A stretch of DNA of 64,000 nucleotides from a virus (lineage: Duplodnaviria; Caudoviricetes). How positions within the stretch are numbered: the first letter of the stretch is position 1; every line of letters starts with the position of its first letter. This document shows, one piece after another, positions 18,237 through 28,208 of this stretch. The DNA is taken from the IMG/VR virus record IMGVR_UViG_2645727892_000011, positions 2,667-66,666 of that record; one strand, 5' to 3'. The notes beneath the pieces were generated by a model. The model worked only from the letters and a program-made list of their open reading frames with translations. It was not told the origin of the DNA and ran no database searches. A program made the position numbers and the translations under genes.

Positions 18237-18800
18237 ATGAATTCCACACAAGCAAAGCAAACCTCTGGAACATCGACACACCGCGCCCGTGATGGTGGCG
18301 TGGATCTGGGAACCACGGAGGAGACGCCGACGCTCATGCTGGTGTTTGAGGCAATCAGGCAAATTCACGACGCTGGTGGAGAGCCCACGCGTGAGCGCAT
18401 TGTGTCTATGACGGGGCTCAAGCCCACCACAGTGGATGACCGCATCAAGGTGCTGCGGGGCGAGGGCATGATCAGCCCGCTGAAGCAGTGCTACCGCCCG
18501 CTGCACCAGCATGTGGCCGCACAGGCTGTCTCGTGCACGGTCATGCCCAACGGGATTTACAAGATCGAAAAGGGCGACGAGGTGATGACGCTGGTACCGG
18601 CAGAGGCGCGACAGCTGGCGCCCATGTTGGCGGGCAAGGCGCTCGAGGCTTCTGCACTGGAACGAGTGCAGGAGATGGAAGCCCGCATGGTGGAGATGGC
18701 GCAACAGGTCAGGGATGTTGAGCGCCGGTACAAAGCGCTCAAAGCATCTCAGTCGGTGAATATGGCGCAGCAAAGTCTGGGCTTGGCGCTGCCGTCATAG
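18237..18800 (+). CDS. Winged-helix protein in the Q position, candidate late-gene activator
   Basis: TRERIVSMTGLKPTTVDDRIKVLRGEG HTH; C-terminal coiled coil. Confidence 0.6.
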   Translation: MNSTQAKQTSGTSTHRARDGGVDLGTTEETPTLMLVFEAIRQIHDAGGEPTRERIVSMTGLKPTTVDDRIKVLRGEGMISPLKQCYRPLHQHVAAQAVSCTVMPNGIYKIEKGDEVMTLVPAEARQLAPMLAGKALEASALERVQEMEARMVEMAQQVRDVERRYKALKASQSVNMAQQSLGLALPS

Positions 18801-18841
18801 GGTGGCCTAAATAGCCCGTGCCCGGCTTCTGGTCCACCTAT

Positions 18842-18876
18842 TTGCATAAATGCTCCTGCTGTCGTACATTTGTACG
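18842..18876 (+). promoter_or_regulatory. Sigma70 promoter with a palindromic operator (moron promoter)
   Basis: TTGCAT-N17-TACATT; CGTACA-TT-TGTACG overlaps the -10. Confidence 0.65.
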
Positions 18877-18909
18877 GCAACACGGCATTTCGCCGGAGAG
18901 GAGGTTGTT

Positions 18910-19590
18910 ATGGCAAAAACCGAGAGAGTCGAAGTTCGTCTTGATGAGGCGCTGCTGGGGCGACTGGACGAATGGATAGAGCAAACGGGTCAGTCCAGTT
19001 CGCGCTCCGACGCGATGCGCCAGCTAGTTGAGCTGGGGCTCAATACCGCAACAGGCAGGAGCGTCCAGATCAGTGATGGTGAGAAGCTGAACTTCATGCT
19101 GCTGAGGGATCTCGTTAAGCACCTCAACGTGCAAACGGAGACCGATGTAGATTTCATCGCCGACACGATTTATGGCGGTCACTATTGGGCTCCAACTTGG
19201 GAGATGCAGGGGCTTTTTCACAATCACTCTGATCGCCCAGAGGATGTGTCGTTTGTTGTTGCCGTGCTTGACGCATGGACATTCATCGAAGAGGGATTGG
19301 AAAAGCTATCCACCGAAGAGCGGGAAGCAATCAAGGCCAGTAACTATGGGCACATTCCATCTTTCCACGGTTTCGATGGCAACAACGAATCAGAATTGAT
19401 GAGCATTGCTCGCTTCTTAGTTGAGAAGATGCAGCGCTTTACGCGTTTTAAGGGCCGAGACTTTGATTCGCATGCTCCCAAAATCGAGAGCTATCGGAGA
19501 CTGGTACAGTACTTTGAGGTGATCCGCCCAACTCTTGGCTTCGGCAAGTCACTCAACGCGGAGCAAATCATCGCTCTTGCGCGTGCCTAA
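18910..19590 (+). CDS. RHH/CopG-YfbU fusion protein (moron)
   Basis: RVEVRLDE...LDEW...SRSDAMRQLVE RHH; GGHYWA and F.GFDGNNE...IARFLVE YfbU motifs. Confidence 0.8.
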   Translation: MAKTERVEVRLDEALLGRLDEWIEQTGQSSSRSDAMRQLVELGLNTATGRSVQISDGEKLNFMLLRDLVKHLNVQTETDVDFIADTIYGGHYWAPTWEMQGLFHNHSDRPEDVSFVVAVLDAWTFIEEGLEKLSTEEREAIKASNYGHIPSFHGFDGNNESELMSIARFLVEKMQRFTRFKGRDFDSHAPKIESYRRLVQYFEVIRPTLGFGKSLNAEQIIALARA

Positions 19591-19596
19591 CACTTA

Positions 19597-19614
19597 AACC
19601 CTCTAGGGTTCGAC
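19597..19614 (+). promoter_or_regulatory. Late-promoter motif copy 1 (terS)
   Basis: AACCCTCTAGGGTTCGAC-N18-CAGCAT-N7-ATG. Confidence 0.7.
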
Positions 19615-19645
19615 ACCCAAAGCCATGCCCAGCAGCATCCTGGGC

Positions 19646-20554
19646 ATGGCACCCATTCCAGCGGGTAAGAGGCCCGGAGAACCCCCTAAAAAATCGAAGT
19701 CCCCCAAGCAGCCTGCAGGCAAGAGGAAGCCAGCAGGCAAAGCTGCGCCCATGCGGGATGCGCACCATAGCCGCCTGACCGTCAAGCAGCAGCGTTTTGT
19801 CGATGAGTACCTGGTCGATTGCAATGCGACCCAGGCCGCCATTCGTGCGGGCTACAGCAAGGCCACCGCCAACGAGCAAGCAGGCCGCCTGTTGGTAAAT
19901 GTTAGTGTTCAAGCTGCGATTTCGATAGCAAGGCAAGAGCAGCAGAAGCGTACCCAGATCACCGCAGACCGAGTAGTCACAGAAGCCTGGCACATCGCCA
20001 CGGCCGACGCCCGTGAGCTGGTGGAGGTCAAGATCGGCTGCTGCCGCCACTGCCATGGCGAGGGCCACAAGTGGCAGCGCACTGTGGCGGAAATGAACTA
20101 TGACGTTGAGCAGTGGGTTTCTTCTGGCAATGACCTTGAGGCCTTCGAGCACCAAGGCGGCATTGGCTACACCCCCCTCAAACCGCCGCACCCTACCTGC
20201 CCCGAGTGCTTTGGTGACGGGCAAAGTCGCGTGGTGCTCAAGGACACCAGAACGCTGTCGCCGGCGGCACTGTCCCTCTATGCGGGCGCCAAGCACGGCA
20301 AGCACGGCATAGAGATCCAGGTGCATGACAAGGCCGCTGCCATGGAGAAGCTGTTCAAGCACCTTGGCCTGTACGAGCGCGACAACGAGCAGAAGACCGA
20401 CCCGCTCAAGGCCTTGCTGATGCGTGTGGCCTCAAACAGCAATAACGGCTTCACTCCGATTGCCGAGGATCCGGAGCGCCCGACTCAGCAGGCCGCGCCT
20501 TCGTCGTTGCAGGTCAACCCCAATCCGGCCGCGCAGGAAGACGAGGACGATTGA
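19646..20554 (+). CDS. terS: Terminase small subunit (with Cys-rich insert)
   Basis: LTVKQQRFVDEYLVDCNATQAAIRAGYS; HDK..A.EKL.KHLGLY. Confidence 0.92.
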   Translation: MAPIPAGKRPGEPPKKSKSPKQPAGKRKPAGKAAPMRDAHHSRLTVKQQRFVDEYLVDCNATQAAIRAGYSKATANEQAGRLLVNVSVQAAISIARQEQQKRTQITADRVVTEAWHIATADARELVEVKIGCCRHCHGEGHKWQRTVAEMNYDVEQWVSSGNDLEAFEHQGGIGYTPLKPPHPTCPECFGDGQSRVVLKDTRTLSPAALSLYAGAKHGKHGIEIQVHDKAAAMEKLFKHLGLYERDNEQKTDPLKALLMRVASNSNNGFTPIAEDPERPTQQAAPSSLQVNPNPAAQEDEDD

Positions 20555-20556
20555 CC

Positions 20557-22161
20557 ATGGCCGGCCTGGTGCACACCACCCCCTTGAACCAGATCCCCGC
20601 CAACCCGGAGGAGCTGGAGCGGTGCTTGGCGGATCCTGAGTGGCGCATCTTCTCGGGGTGCCTCTACAAGATCATGATCAAGGGCGACGGGGAAGATGAT
20701 GGGGACGCATATTCCGTTCCCTTCAAGCCCAATCGCGCCCAAAAGCGCTTTCTCAAGCGGCTCTGGCATCGCAACATCATTCTCAAGGCGCGCCAGTTGG
20801 GCTTTACAACCCTGATCGCGATTCTCTGGCTGGATCACGCGCTTTTCAATGCGGACCAGCGTTGCGGCATCATCGCGCACGACCGAGAAGCTGCCGAAAT
20901 CATCTTTCGGGACAAGGTGCGCTATGCGTATAACAACCTGCCCGAAGAGATCCGCGAGCGCTTTCCTCTGAAGCGCGACAGCGCTGTTGAGTTGCTGTTT
21001 GCTCACAACAATAGCTCTGTGCGTGTGGCGACATCCATGCGCTCGGGGATGATTCACCGCCTGCATATCTCTGAGTTCGGCAAGATTTGCGCGAAGTATC
21101 CGGAGAAAGCCAAGGAAGTGATGACGGGCTCAATCCCGGCGGTGCCCACTAACGGCATTCTCGTGATCGAGAGCACTGCAGAGGGGGCCAACGGCGAGTT
21201 CTACGACCTTTCAAGCCGCGCCGAAACGCTGCACTACACGCACGCCAAGCTGACTGTGCGCGACTATCGGTTCCACTTCTACGCCTGGTGGCAAGAGCCG
21301 AACTACCGCATGGACAGCTCCCTGGTGGAAATCACGCCAGAGCAGCATGAATACTTTGAGCGCATCGAGCAAGAGGCGGGTTGCACCATCGACCTGGACC
21401 AGCGCGCCTGGTATGTGGCTACACAGAAAGCCGACTTCGCAGGGCGCGAAGAACGGATGTGGCAGGAATATCCAAGCACGCCTACAGAGGCGTTCCAGCA
21501 GTCCACCGAAGGGCACTATCTCACCAAGGTGCTGCAGGTGGTCACCAAGCGCGGCGGCATCTGCAAGGTGCCGGTGCTGGATTTGCCCGTGTACACCTTC
21601 TGGGACATTGGAGCGAGCGATGGCTGCGCTATCTGGTTTGCCCAGTCCCTGCGCGGCGAGGACCGCTTCATCAACTACTACGAGGCCCACGACGAGGACT
21701 TGCGCCATTACGTGACCCACCTTCAGGGCTTGGGCTATGTGTTTGGCAAGCACTTCCTGCCTCATGACGCTGACCACAAGCGCCTGGGCGACTACAACCG
21801 CAGCACGCGCGAGCAGCTACAGCAGCTGATGCCAGGGCAGAGCTTTGTCATCGTGCCGCGCATCACAGAGCTGCAGACCGGCATCAACACCCTGCGCAAG
21901 CACATGAAGGGCGCCTGGTACGACAAGGAGCGTTGCGCCTTTGGGGTCGAGCGCCTGCGCGGCTACAAGAAGAAATACAGCACCGCCTTGGCCAAGTTCA
22001 TCAATGAGCCAGACAAGGCCAATGGATGCACTGAAGGCGCTGACGCGCACCGGCAGTGGGCCCAAGCGAAGGAAACCGGGCTGTACATCCCGAACGATGA
22101 CAGCTACGGCTCCAGCCATTCCAGCTACGAAGAACCTGAAGCGCCCGATTGGCGCGCGTGA
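20557..22161 (+). CDS. terL: Terminase large subunit
   Basis: ILKARQLGFTT Walker A, LHISEFG Walker B, IESTAEG, WDIG nuclease domain, LPHDA. Confidence 0.95.
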   Translation: MAGLVHTTPLNQIPANPEELERCLADPEWRIFSGCLYKIMIKGDGEDDGDAYSVPFKPNRAQKRFLKRLWHRNIILKARQLGFTTLIAILWLDHALFNADQRCGIIAHDREAAEIIFRDKVRYAYNNLPEEIRERFPLKRDSAVELLFAHNNSSVRVATSMRSGMIHRLHISEFGKICAKYPEKAKEVMTGSIPAVPTNGILVIESTAEGANGEFYDLSSRAETLHYTHAKLTVRDYRFHFYAWWQEPNYRMDSSLVEITPEQHEYFERIEQEAGCTIDLDQRAWYVATQKADFAGREERMWQEYPSTPTEAFQQSTEGHYLTKVLQVVTKRGGICKVPVLDLPVYTFWDIGASDGCAIWFAQSLRGEDRFINYYEAHDEDLRHYVTHLQGLGYVFGKHFLPHDADHKRLGDYNRSTREQLQQLMPGQSFVIVPRITELQTGINTLRKHMKGAWYDKERCAFGVERLRGYKKKYSTALAKFINEPDKANGCTEGADAHRQWAQAKETGLYIPNDDSYGSSHSSYEEPEAPDWRA

Positions 22162-22169
22162 GAGCAACC

Positions 22170-24455
22170 ATGCAATACATCAAGCCCCCTCAAAACGCGG
22201 ATCTGGGCGAGCCCATGACCGTGCTCGAATACGCCAAGATCGTGCAGGAATGCATTGACCAGCCACCATGGCGCGCGGCAGCGGACAAGGAGGCCGACTA
22301 TGCCGATGGCAACCAGCTGAGCACCGAGCTGCTCAAGCGACTGCAAGCCACGGGCGTGCCGCCGGCCAAAGAGAACGTGATTGGCCCGGCCATCGCGGCG
22401 ATCTGCGGGTTTGAGGCCAAGACGCGCACAGACTGGCGTGTGACTCCAGACGGCGACCCCACGGGCAAGGATGTGGCCGATGCGCTGAACTACCGGCTCA
22501 ACCAGGCCGAGCGGTTTTCCAAGGCAGACGCGGCCATGAGCGAGGCATTCAAGCCCCAGGCGGCCGTGGGCCTGGGCTGGGTCGAGGTAGCGCGCAGCAG
22601 CAACCCGCTGGAGTACAAGACCCGCTGCCATTACATCCACCGCAATGAAATCCATTGGGATATGCGCTCCTCTGAAAAGGATCTGTCCGATGCGCGCTGG
22701 CTGCTGCGCGAGCGCTTCATCAGCAAGGAGCGAACTGCGCGCGCCTTTGAGAACATGGCGCAGCTGATCCTGCAGGCGCAGACCGTCAGTGGCCTGGGCG
22801 GATACGGTGGCTATGTGACCGAAGGTGGCGTATCGACCGGGTTGCTCTCGGCTGCCGATGCCAATCGCGCCTGGACCACGCGCGAGCAGGCCTGGTACCG
22901 TCATGAGTCGGACGAGGTGTGCCTGGGCGAGCTCTGGTACCGGCGCTGGGTGAATGTGGTGCTGCTCAAGATGCGCGGCGGCCGGGTGGTCGAGTTTGAT
23001 GCGGCCAACCCAGCCCATCGGGCCGCTGTGGCTGCCGGCCAGGGCAAGCTGGAGCGCGCCACCGTGGCACGCATGCGCCGCTCCTATTGGATGGGGCCGC
23101 ACATGCTGCATGACAGCGCCAGCCCCTATCCGCACCCGCATTTCCCATATGTGCCGTTCTGGGGCTACCGCGAGGACATGACGCGCGTACCGTTCGGCCT
23201 GGTGCGCGACATGATCTTCCCGCAGGACAACCTCAATAGCTCCATTGCCAAGCTGCGTTGGGGCATGGCCAGCACCCGGACCGAGCGCACCAAGGGAGCG
23301 GTGGCGATGACGGACGATCAATTCCGGCGCCAGATTGCCCGCCCAGATGCGGACATCATTCTCAATCCAGATGAAATGTCCAGGCCGGGCGCGCGCTTTG
23401 AGGTCAAGCGCGACTTTCAGCTCAACAACCAGCAGCTGCAGATGATGGCCGACAGCCGCGCGTCGCTGCAGCGTGTCGGATCCATCACCGCAGCTTTCCA
23501 GGGGCAGAAGGGCAATGCCACCAGCGGGGTGCAGGAGCAGACCCAGGTGGAGCAGTCGCAGATCAGCATTGCCGACCTGATGGACAACTTCAAGGAAGGG
23601 CGCGCCATGGTGGGCGAGCTGATCCTGGCGCTGGAGATCGAGGACCTGGGCGAGGAACGCGAGGTGATTGTGATCGAGGGCGACACCATCAACCCCCCGC
23701 GCACCGTGGTGCTCAATGAAACCGTGGAAGAGGGCGGGCTGCGCTATCTGTCCAATGATGTGCAGCGCACCCGCCTCAAGGTGGCCTTGTCGGATGTGCC
23801 ATCGTCATCCAGCTTCCGCGCTCAGCAGCTCTCGGCCCTGTCCGAAGCGGTCAAGGCGCTGCCGCCTCAGATGCAGCAGGTGGTGATGCCGTTCATGCTG
23901 GATCTGATGGACTTGCCACGCAAGGAAGAAATCATCGCGGTCATCAAGAATGCCACCCAGCAGACCGACCCCGAGCAGCTGCGCAAGCAGATCGAGCAGG
24001 AGCTGCAGCGCGACCTCAAGATGCGAGAGCTGGACCTGCGCGAGCGCGAAGTGGCGGCGCGCGAGAAGCTGCTGGGCGCCCAGCAAGTGCAGGTCGGCGT
24101 GCAGGCGGCCTACAGCGCAATGCAAGGCGGCGCCCAGGTGGCTCAGATGCCGATGATCGCGCCCATCGCGGACGAGATCATGAAGGGAGCCGGCTACCAA
24201 GCCCCCAATCCTGGCGGCGATGACCCGAATTTCCCCACAGCCAGCCAAACGGCAGCCATGAACATCAAGAGCCCTTACATCCAGGGTCAAGGACCGGAAG
24301 GCGCGGGCGCGGCTGCAGCAGGTGCTGGTACCGAAGCCGGCGCGGCCCCAGAGGTGCGCGAAAACACCAGCCCAGCCTATCCGCCGGTGCCGCAGGATGC
24401 CGGCACCGGGATGCAGGGCATAGAGACTCCGCGCACTGGCGACAACCTGGGTTAG
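22170..24455 (+). CDS. Portal protein
   Basis: DYADGNQL...EN.IGP.I...GLGWVEV...FPYVPFWGYR...PQD; follows terL. Confidence 0.88.
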   Translation: MQYIKPPQNADLGEPMTVLEYAKIVQECIDQPPWRAAADKEADYADGNQLSTELLKRLQATGVPPAKENVIGPAIAAICGFEAKTRTDWRVTPDGDPTGKDVADALNYRLNQAERFSKADAAMSEAFKPQAAVGLGWVEVARSSNPLEYKTRCHYIHRNEIHWDMRSSEKDLSDARWLLRERFISKERTARAFENMAQLILQAQTVSGLGGYGGYVTEGGVSTGLLSAADANRAWTTREQAWYRHESDEVCLGELWYRRWVNVVLLKMRGGRVVEFDAANPAHRAAVAAGQGKLERATVARMRRSYWMGPHMLHDSASPYPHPHFPYVPFWGYREDMTRVPFGLVRDMIFPQDNLNSSIAKLRWGMASTRTERTKGAVAMTDDQFRRQIARPDADIILNPDEMSRPGARFEVKRDFQLNNQQLQMMADSRASLQRVGSITAAFQGQKGNATSGVQEQTQVEQSQISIADLMDNFKEGRAMVGELILALEIEDLGEEREVIVIEGDTINPPRTVVLNETVEEGGLRYLSNDVQRTRLKVALSDVPSSSSFRAQQLSALSEAVKALPPQMQQVVMPFMLDLMDLPRKEEIIAVIKNATQQTDPEQLRKQIEQELQRDLKMRELDLREREVAAREKLLGAQQVQVGVQAAYSAMQGGAQVAQMPMIAPIADEIMKGAGYQAPNPGGDDPNFPTASQTAAMNIKSPYIQGQGPEGAGAAAAGAGTEAGAAPEVRENTSPAYPPVPQDAGTGMQGIETPRTGDNLG

Positions 24456-24462
24456 CGGCTGT

Positions 24463-24480
24463 ACCCCACTAGAGTTAGAC
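24463..24480 (+). promoter_or_regulatory. Late-promoter motif copy 2 (scaffold-capsid)
   Basis: ACCCCACTAGAGTTAGAC-N18-GACACT. Confidence 0.6.
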
Positions 24481-24673
24481 CGCCGCGCGACGACCGGAGA
24501 CACTTCATTCCATCGAAGCGCGAAAGCGAAGAGATACAGCCCACTCGTGATGAGTCGGCCCATTCCCACCGCTGGAGAGTGTGATGGTCAGGGCTTCGGC
24601 CCTGGCCTGATCCTCGAATCGGTGTGCCCCACCAACAGGCCCAGCCGGATAGCTGGGAACGGAGCACAACAGA

Positions 24674-25702
24674 GTGAACGAAGCTCAAAAACTCTTGGCA
24701 GCAGCCTTTGCAGGCGAATTGGATCTGGATGCGGATGCTTCCGGGTCTTCTGGCGTTTCTGCACCCGAAGGCGCGGCCGCCCCGGCAAATGCCGAGAGCA
24801 CCCAGGCAGCGATTGAAGCTGCCGCCACAGCCACCGCAGCAGGCACTGCCGCAAACGCATCGGCTCAGGAAGAGCACGAAGGCGCGCCCATTGCCAGCAA
24901 GTCCGGTGGTTACACCATTCCCTATGAAAAGCTGACAGAGGCACGCACCGCGCGCGACTCGGCTATTGCCGAGCGCGACCAACTACGCGCCCAGCTGGAG
25001 CAGATGACGGCCGCACAGGCTGCCAATCTGCAGCAAGCCCAGGCCGAAGCCCAAGCCCGTGCGGATGCCGGGAAGGCACCGACCCAGGCCGACCAGAACC
25101 TGGCAGCGGCCAAGAGCCTGGTGGACGGTGGCGCTGACGCCTCTCTGTTCGGGAGCTTTTCCGAAGAAGACATTGCAGCCGGCATTAACAAGCTGGTTGC
25201 TGATCAAGTCGCCGCGCGAGTGGAGGCCGCATTAGCACCCCAACGCGAGGCGCAAGCCCGTGAGCAGGCCGTGACGGCAGAGCAGTTGCACGCCCAGAAG
25301 ATTCTGGACGCGCACAAGGATGCCTTTGAAGTCTCTGAATCCAAGGAGTTCGCCAGCTGGAAGTCTGGTCAGCCTGGATACATGCAAGCCGCCATCGACC
25401 GCACCCTGCAAGCGGGTACCGCCCAGGATGTGATTGAGCTGCTCGGCCAGTTCAAGCAGTTCCATGCGGGCACGGCCGGCGCGGCGGCTGGTGATCCCAC
25501 GGCCGAAGCAGTGGCCAAGGCCCTGGCCAACGCCAAGACCGAGCCGCCCGTGAGCCTGTCGAGCCTGCCCGGAGCGGCAGCTGCGGGCGCCACGGAGGCT
25601 GAGCGCGTGATGGAGTTGGCCGGCGACCCAGCGGCCCTGCTGGCGTACATGCAAAGCCTGCCGCCCGAGCGTCAGATGCGATTGATGAATAGCGTGGTGT
25701 AG
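24674..25702 (+). CDS. Scaffolding protein
   Basis: Acidic, Ala-rich coiled coil between portal and capsid; TIPYEKL..AR. Confidence 0.75.
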   Translation: MNEAQKLLAAAFAGELDLDADASGSSGVSAPEGAAAPANAESTQAAIEAAATATAAGTAANASAQEEHEGAPIASKSGGYTIPYEKLTEARTARDSAIAERDQLRAQLEQMTAAQAANLQQAQAEAQARADAGKAPTQADQNLAAAKSLVDGGADASLFGSFSEEDIAAGINKLVADQVAARVEAALAPQREAQAREQAVTAEQLHAQKILDAHKDAFEVSESKEFASWKSGQPGYMQAAIDRTLQAGTAQDVIELLGQFKQFHAGTAGAAAGDPTAEAVAKALANAKTEPPVSLSSLPGAAAAGATEAERVMELAGDPAALLAYMQSLPPERQMRLMNSVV

Positions 25703-25780
25703 CCGCTAGGCGCGCCACAAACCATTTCCCGGGCCATCTCGTGATGAGAGCGCCCTTGTCCCATAGCAGGAGGACTCGAT

Positions 25781-27073
25781 ATGTCCGGCAAAACCAATGT
25801 AAGCGCTGGCTCGTCCAATGCGCAGTTCGTACAAGCTGCGGGTCTGTTTGCGCAGTCCATGCAGCGAAACTCCAAGCTCAACAAGATGGTGGGCACCATG
25901 CCTAAGGGCGAGGGTGAAGCCGCAACCACCTTGCGCAACCAGACCACCACGGATATGCCCATCGTGCGTACCGTGGACCTGGGGCGCGGCAAGGGTGACG
26001 AAGTGGAGTTTCACTTCATTCAGCCCGTGGGCGCCTACCCCATCATGGGCAGCCGCATGGCCGAGGGTAAGGGCACTGGCATTTCGCTGGACAAGGCCCG
26101 TGTGCGTGTTCAGCAAGCCCGTTTCCCCGTGGATGTGGGCGATGCCATGACCGACATTCGCTCGCCTGTGCAATTTCGCAAGGTGGGTCGCCCCATTGCC
26201 CAAGGCCTGATGGATCGATACCAGGATCAGGGCTCTCTGATGCACCTGGCCGGCGCGCGCGGCTTCCATGACAACATCGAGTGGGCCATCCCCACTGAGG
26301 GCCATGCGGATTTTGACGCCATTGCGGTCAATCCCGTGCTGGCTCCCACCAAGAACCGCCACTATGTGGCCGATGGTGATGCGATCAAGGGCTTTGCCGT
26401 CAATGCCGGTGAAATGGACATTGCTTCCACAGATGCCTTGAGCATGACCATTGTGGATGCGGTTCGCACACTGGTGGAGTCCATCGCACTGCCGCCCCCT
26501 GCAATCCGTCTGCCTGGCGACCAAGCGGCCGACGATTCCCCACTGCGCATGCTGATGGTGAGCCCCGCTCAATATCACCAGTTCTCGCAGGACAAGGATT
26601 TCCGCCAGTTCCAGGCCAACGCGCTGACCCGCGCCAGCCAGGCCGAGCGTCATCCTCTGTTTATGGGTGAAGTGGGCCTGTGGAACGGCATTCTGATCTG
26701 CAAGCAGCCCCGCCCCATCCGCTTCTACGCCGGCGATACGGTGCGCTACTGCGCTCAATACACCAGCGATGCGGAGAGCACTTGCGTGGTGCCCGCCAGC
26801 TTTGGCACAACCCACGCCGTGGACCGTGCGCTGTTGCTGGGTGGTCAGGCGCTGGCTCAGGCCTTCGCGGCTTCCAAGCATGGTGGCATGCCCTTCTTCT
26901 GGAAAGAGAAGGAGTTCGACCATGACGACAAGGCTGAGCTGCTGATCGGTGCCGTCCAGGGCACATCCAAAGTGCGCTGGGCCGTGGACCAAGGCAATAA
27001 CACCAAGCACTTCACCGACCATGGCGTGATGGCCATCGACACGGCCGTGCCCATCATCGGTGCGCGCCAGTAA
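25781..27073 (+). CDS. Major capsid protein (DUF4043-like)
   Basis: PIVR..DL...KGD.V.F, PIMG....EG.G, HPLF.G..GLWNGIL, RALLLG.QALA, DHGV.AIDTA; AGGAGG RBS. Confidence 0.88.
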   Translation: MSGKTNVSAGSSNAQFVQAAGLFAQSMQRNSKLNKMVGTMPKGEGEAATTLRNQTTTDMPIVRTVDLGRGKGDEVEFHFIQPVGAYPIMGSRMAEGKGTGISLDKARVRVQQARFPVDVGDAMTDIRSPVQFRKVGRPIAQGLMDRYQDQGSLMHLAGARGFHDNIEWAIPTEGHADFDAIAVNPVLAPTKNRHYVADGDAIKGFAVNAGEMDIASTDALSMTIVDAVRTLVESIALPPPAIRLPGDQAADDSPLRMLMVSPAQYHQFSQDKDFRQFQANALTRASQAERHPLFMGEVGLWNGILICKQPRPIRFYAGDTVRYCAQYTSDAESTCVVPASFGTTHAVDRALLLGGQALAQAFAASKHGGMPFFWKEKEFDHDDKAELLIGAVQGTSKVRWAVDQGNNTKHFTDHGVMAIDTAVPIIGARQ

Positions 27074-27158
27074 TCCGGCAGAGCAGGGCGCGGCCACAGG
27101 GCGGCGCCTTGCCTGACCCGATGGGGTGATTCCTCTCGTTTCAATCTAGGAGCCGACC

Positions 27159-27635
27159 ATGGCCACCGTGACCAACTCTCAAAAGCACCGCAACCAACTC
27201 GGTGCGACTCCCTGGGGCAACCTCAATGTCCTGCATTTCATCCTGAAGACGGGCGCCAATGGTGGCGCGCTGGACGCTGACTCCAATGTGCCTTTGGCCG
27301 TCGGAGACAAGGTGCGTCTGGGCGTGCTGCCTGCCGGCTCCACGCTGGTGGACTCCGCTGCCATTGTCTCTGTAGGCCTGACCGCGACAGTCAAGGGCGA
27401 TCTGGGCTTTGAGTATGTGGACGGCGTGGACGACGCCAAGGTGCCCCAGGACGCAGCCTACTTTGGCGCGGCTCTGGATCTGGCCGCGGCAGCGCGTCTG
27501 CGCAATGCCACGACCAAGGCGCCGGTGACGCTGCCCAAGGATGCATTTCTGGTGCTGACCACTTCGGGCGCGGCCAATGCCAAGGCCGCCCGCGTCGATG
27601 TGGTGGTGCAGGCCATCTCCACCGGCGCCCTGTAA
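27159..27635 (+). CDS. Capsid decoration/cement-like protein
   Basis: GDKVRLG.LPAG...D; directly after the capsid gene. Confidence 0.65.
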   Translation: MATVTNSQKHRNQLGATPWGNLNVLHFILKTGANGGALDADSNVPLAVGDKVRLGVLPAGSTLVDSAAIVSVGLTATVKGDLGFEYVDGVDDAKVPQDAAYFGAALDLAAAARLRNATTKAPVTLPKDAFLVLTTSGAANAKAARVDVVVQAISTGAL

Positions 27636-27707
27636 AGAGCGCTCCCAGGATGCGGGCCTGCCTTCGGGTAGCGCCCGCATTCGTCCATCTGAATACTCCC
27701 CAGCATC

Positions 27708-28208
27708 ATGAACTTTGTACGCATTACCTATACCGGCCGCAAAATCTACCGCGACCGCGCCACTGGCCACATCTGGCAGCCCGAAGAGGAGCGCCTGGTG
27801 AGCGAGGCCATCGCCAAGCCGCTGCTCAAGTTTGTGGAGTTCAAGCGCACTGCAGACCTCAAGCCCGCGGCTTCTGAACAGCAGCAACTGGGCCAGGAGC
27901 AGACCGGCACAGAAGGCCTGGAACTGGGCGCGATGCTGACTGCAGATCAAAGCAGCGACCCGTCCAATGCACAGAAACCCGAGCTCAGCGAGCAAGAGAT
28001 TGCAGCGCTCGAGCAGCAAGCGCTGGACGACAAGGCCAAGGAAGTGGACGACCAGCGCGAAGCCATGTTGATCACCGTGCAAGGCATGAACAAAACAGCG
28101 CTTACCGAGTACGCCAAGAAGTACGACCACGCCTTTGACGCCAAGGTCAAGGTGGACGACATGCGTATCACCGTCAACGGCCTGATTCACCAGTTCGGGG
28201 TGCGCTGA
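27708..28208 (+). CDS. Virion-module hypothetical protein
   Basis: GC3-rich ORF; MNK.AL.EYA..Y short helical repeat. Confidence 0.65.
   Translation: MNFVRITYTGRKIYRDRATGHIWQPEEERLVSEAIAKPLLKFVEFKRTADLKPAASEQQQLGQEQTGTEGLELGAMLTADQSSDPSNAQKPELSEQEIAALEQQALDDKAKEVDDQREAMLITVQGMNKTALTEYAKKYDHAFDAKVKVDDMRITVNGLIHQFGVR

Noticed and set aside
25706-28190. Long minus-strand ORFs opposite the capsid genes (and similar ones opposite portal, giant and tail genes)
   Set aside because: Antisense shadow ORFs expected from GC-rich codon bias
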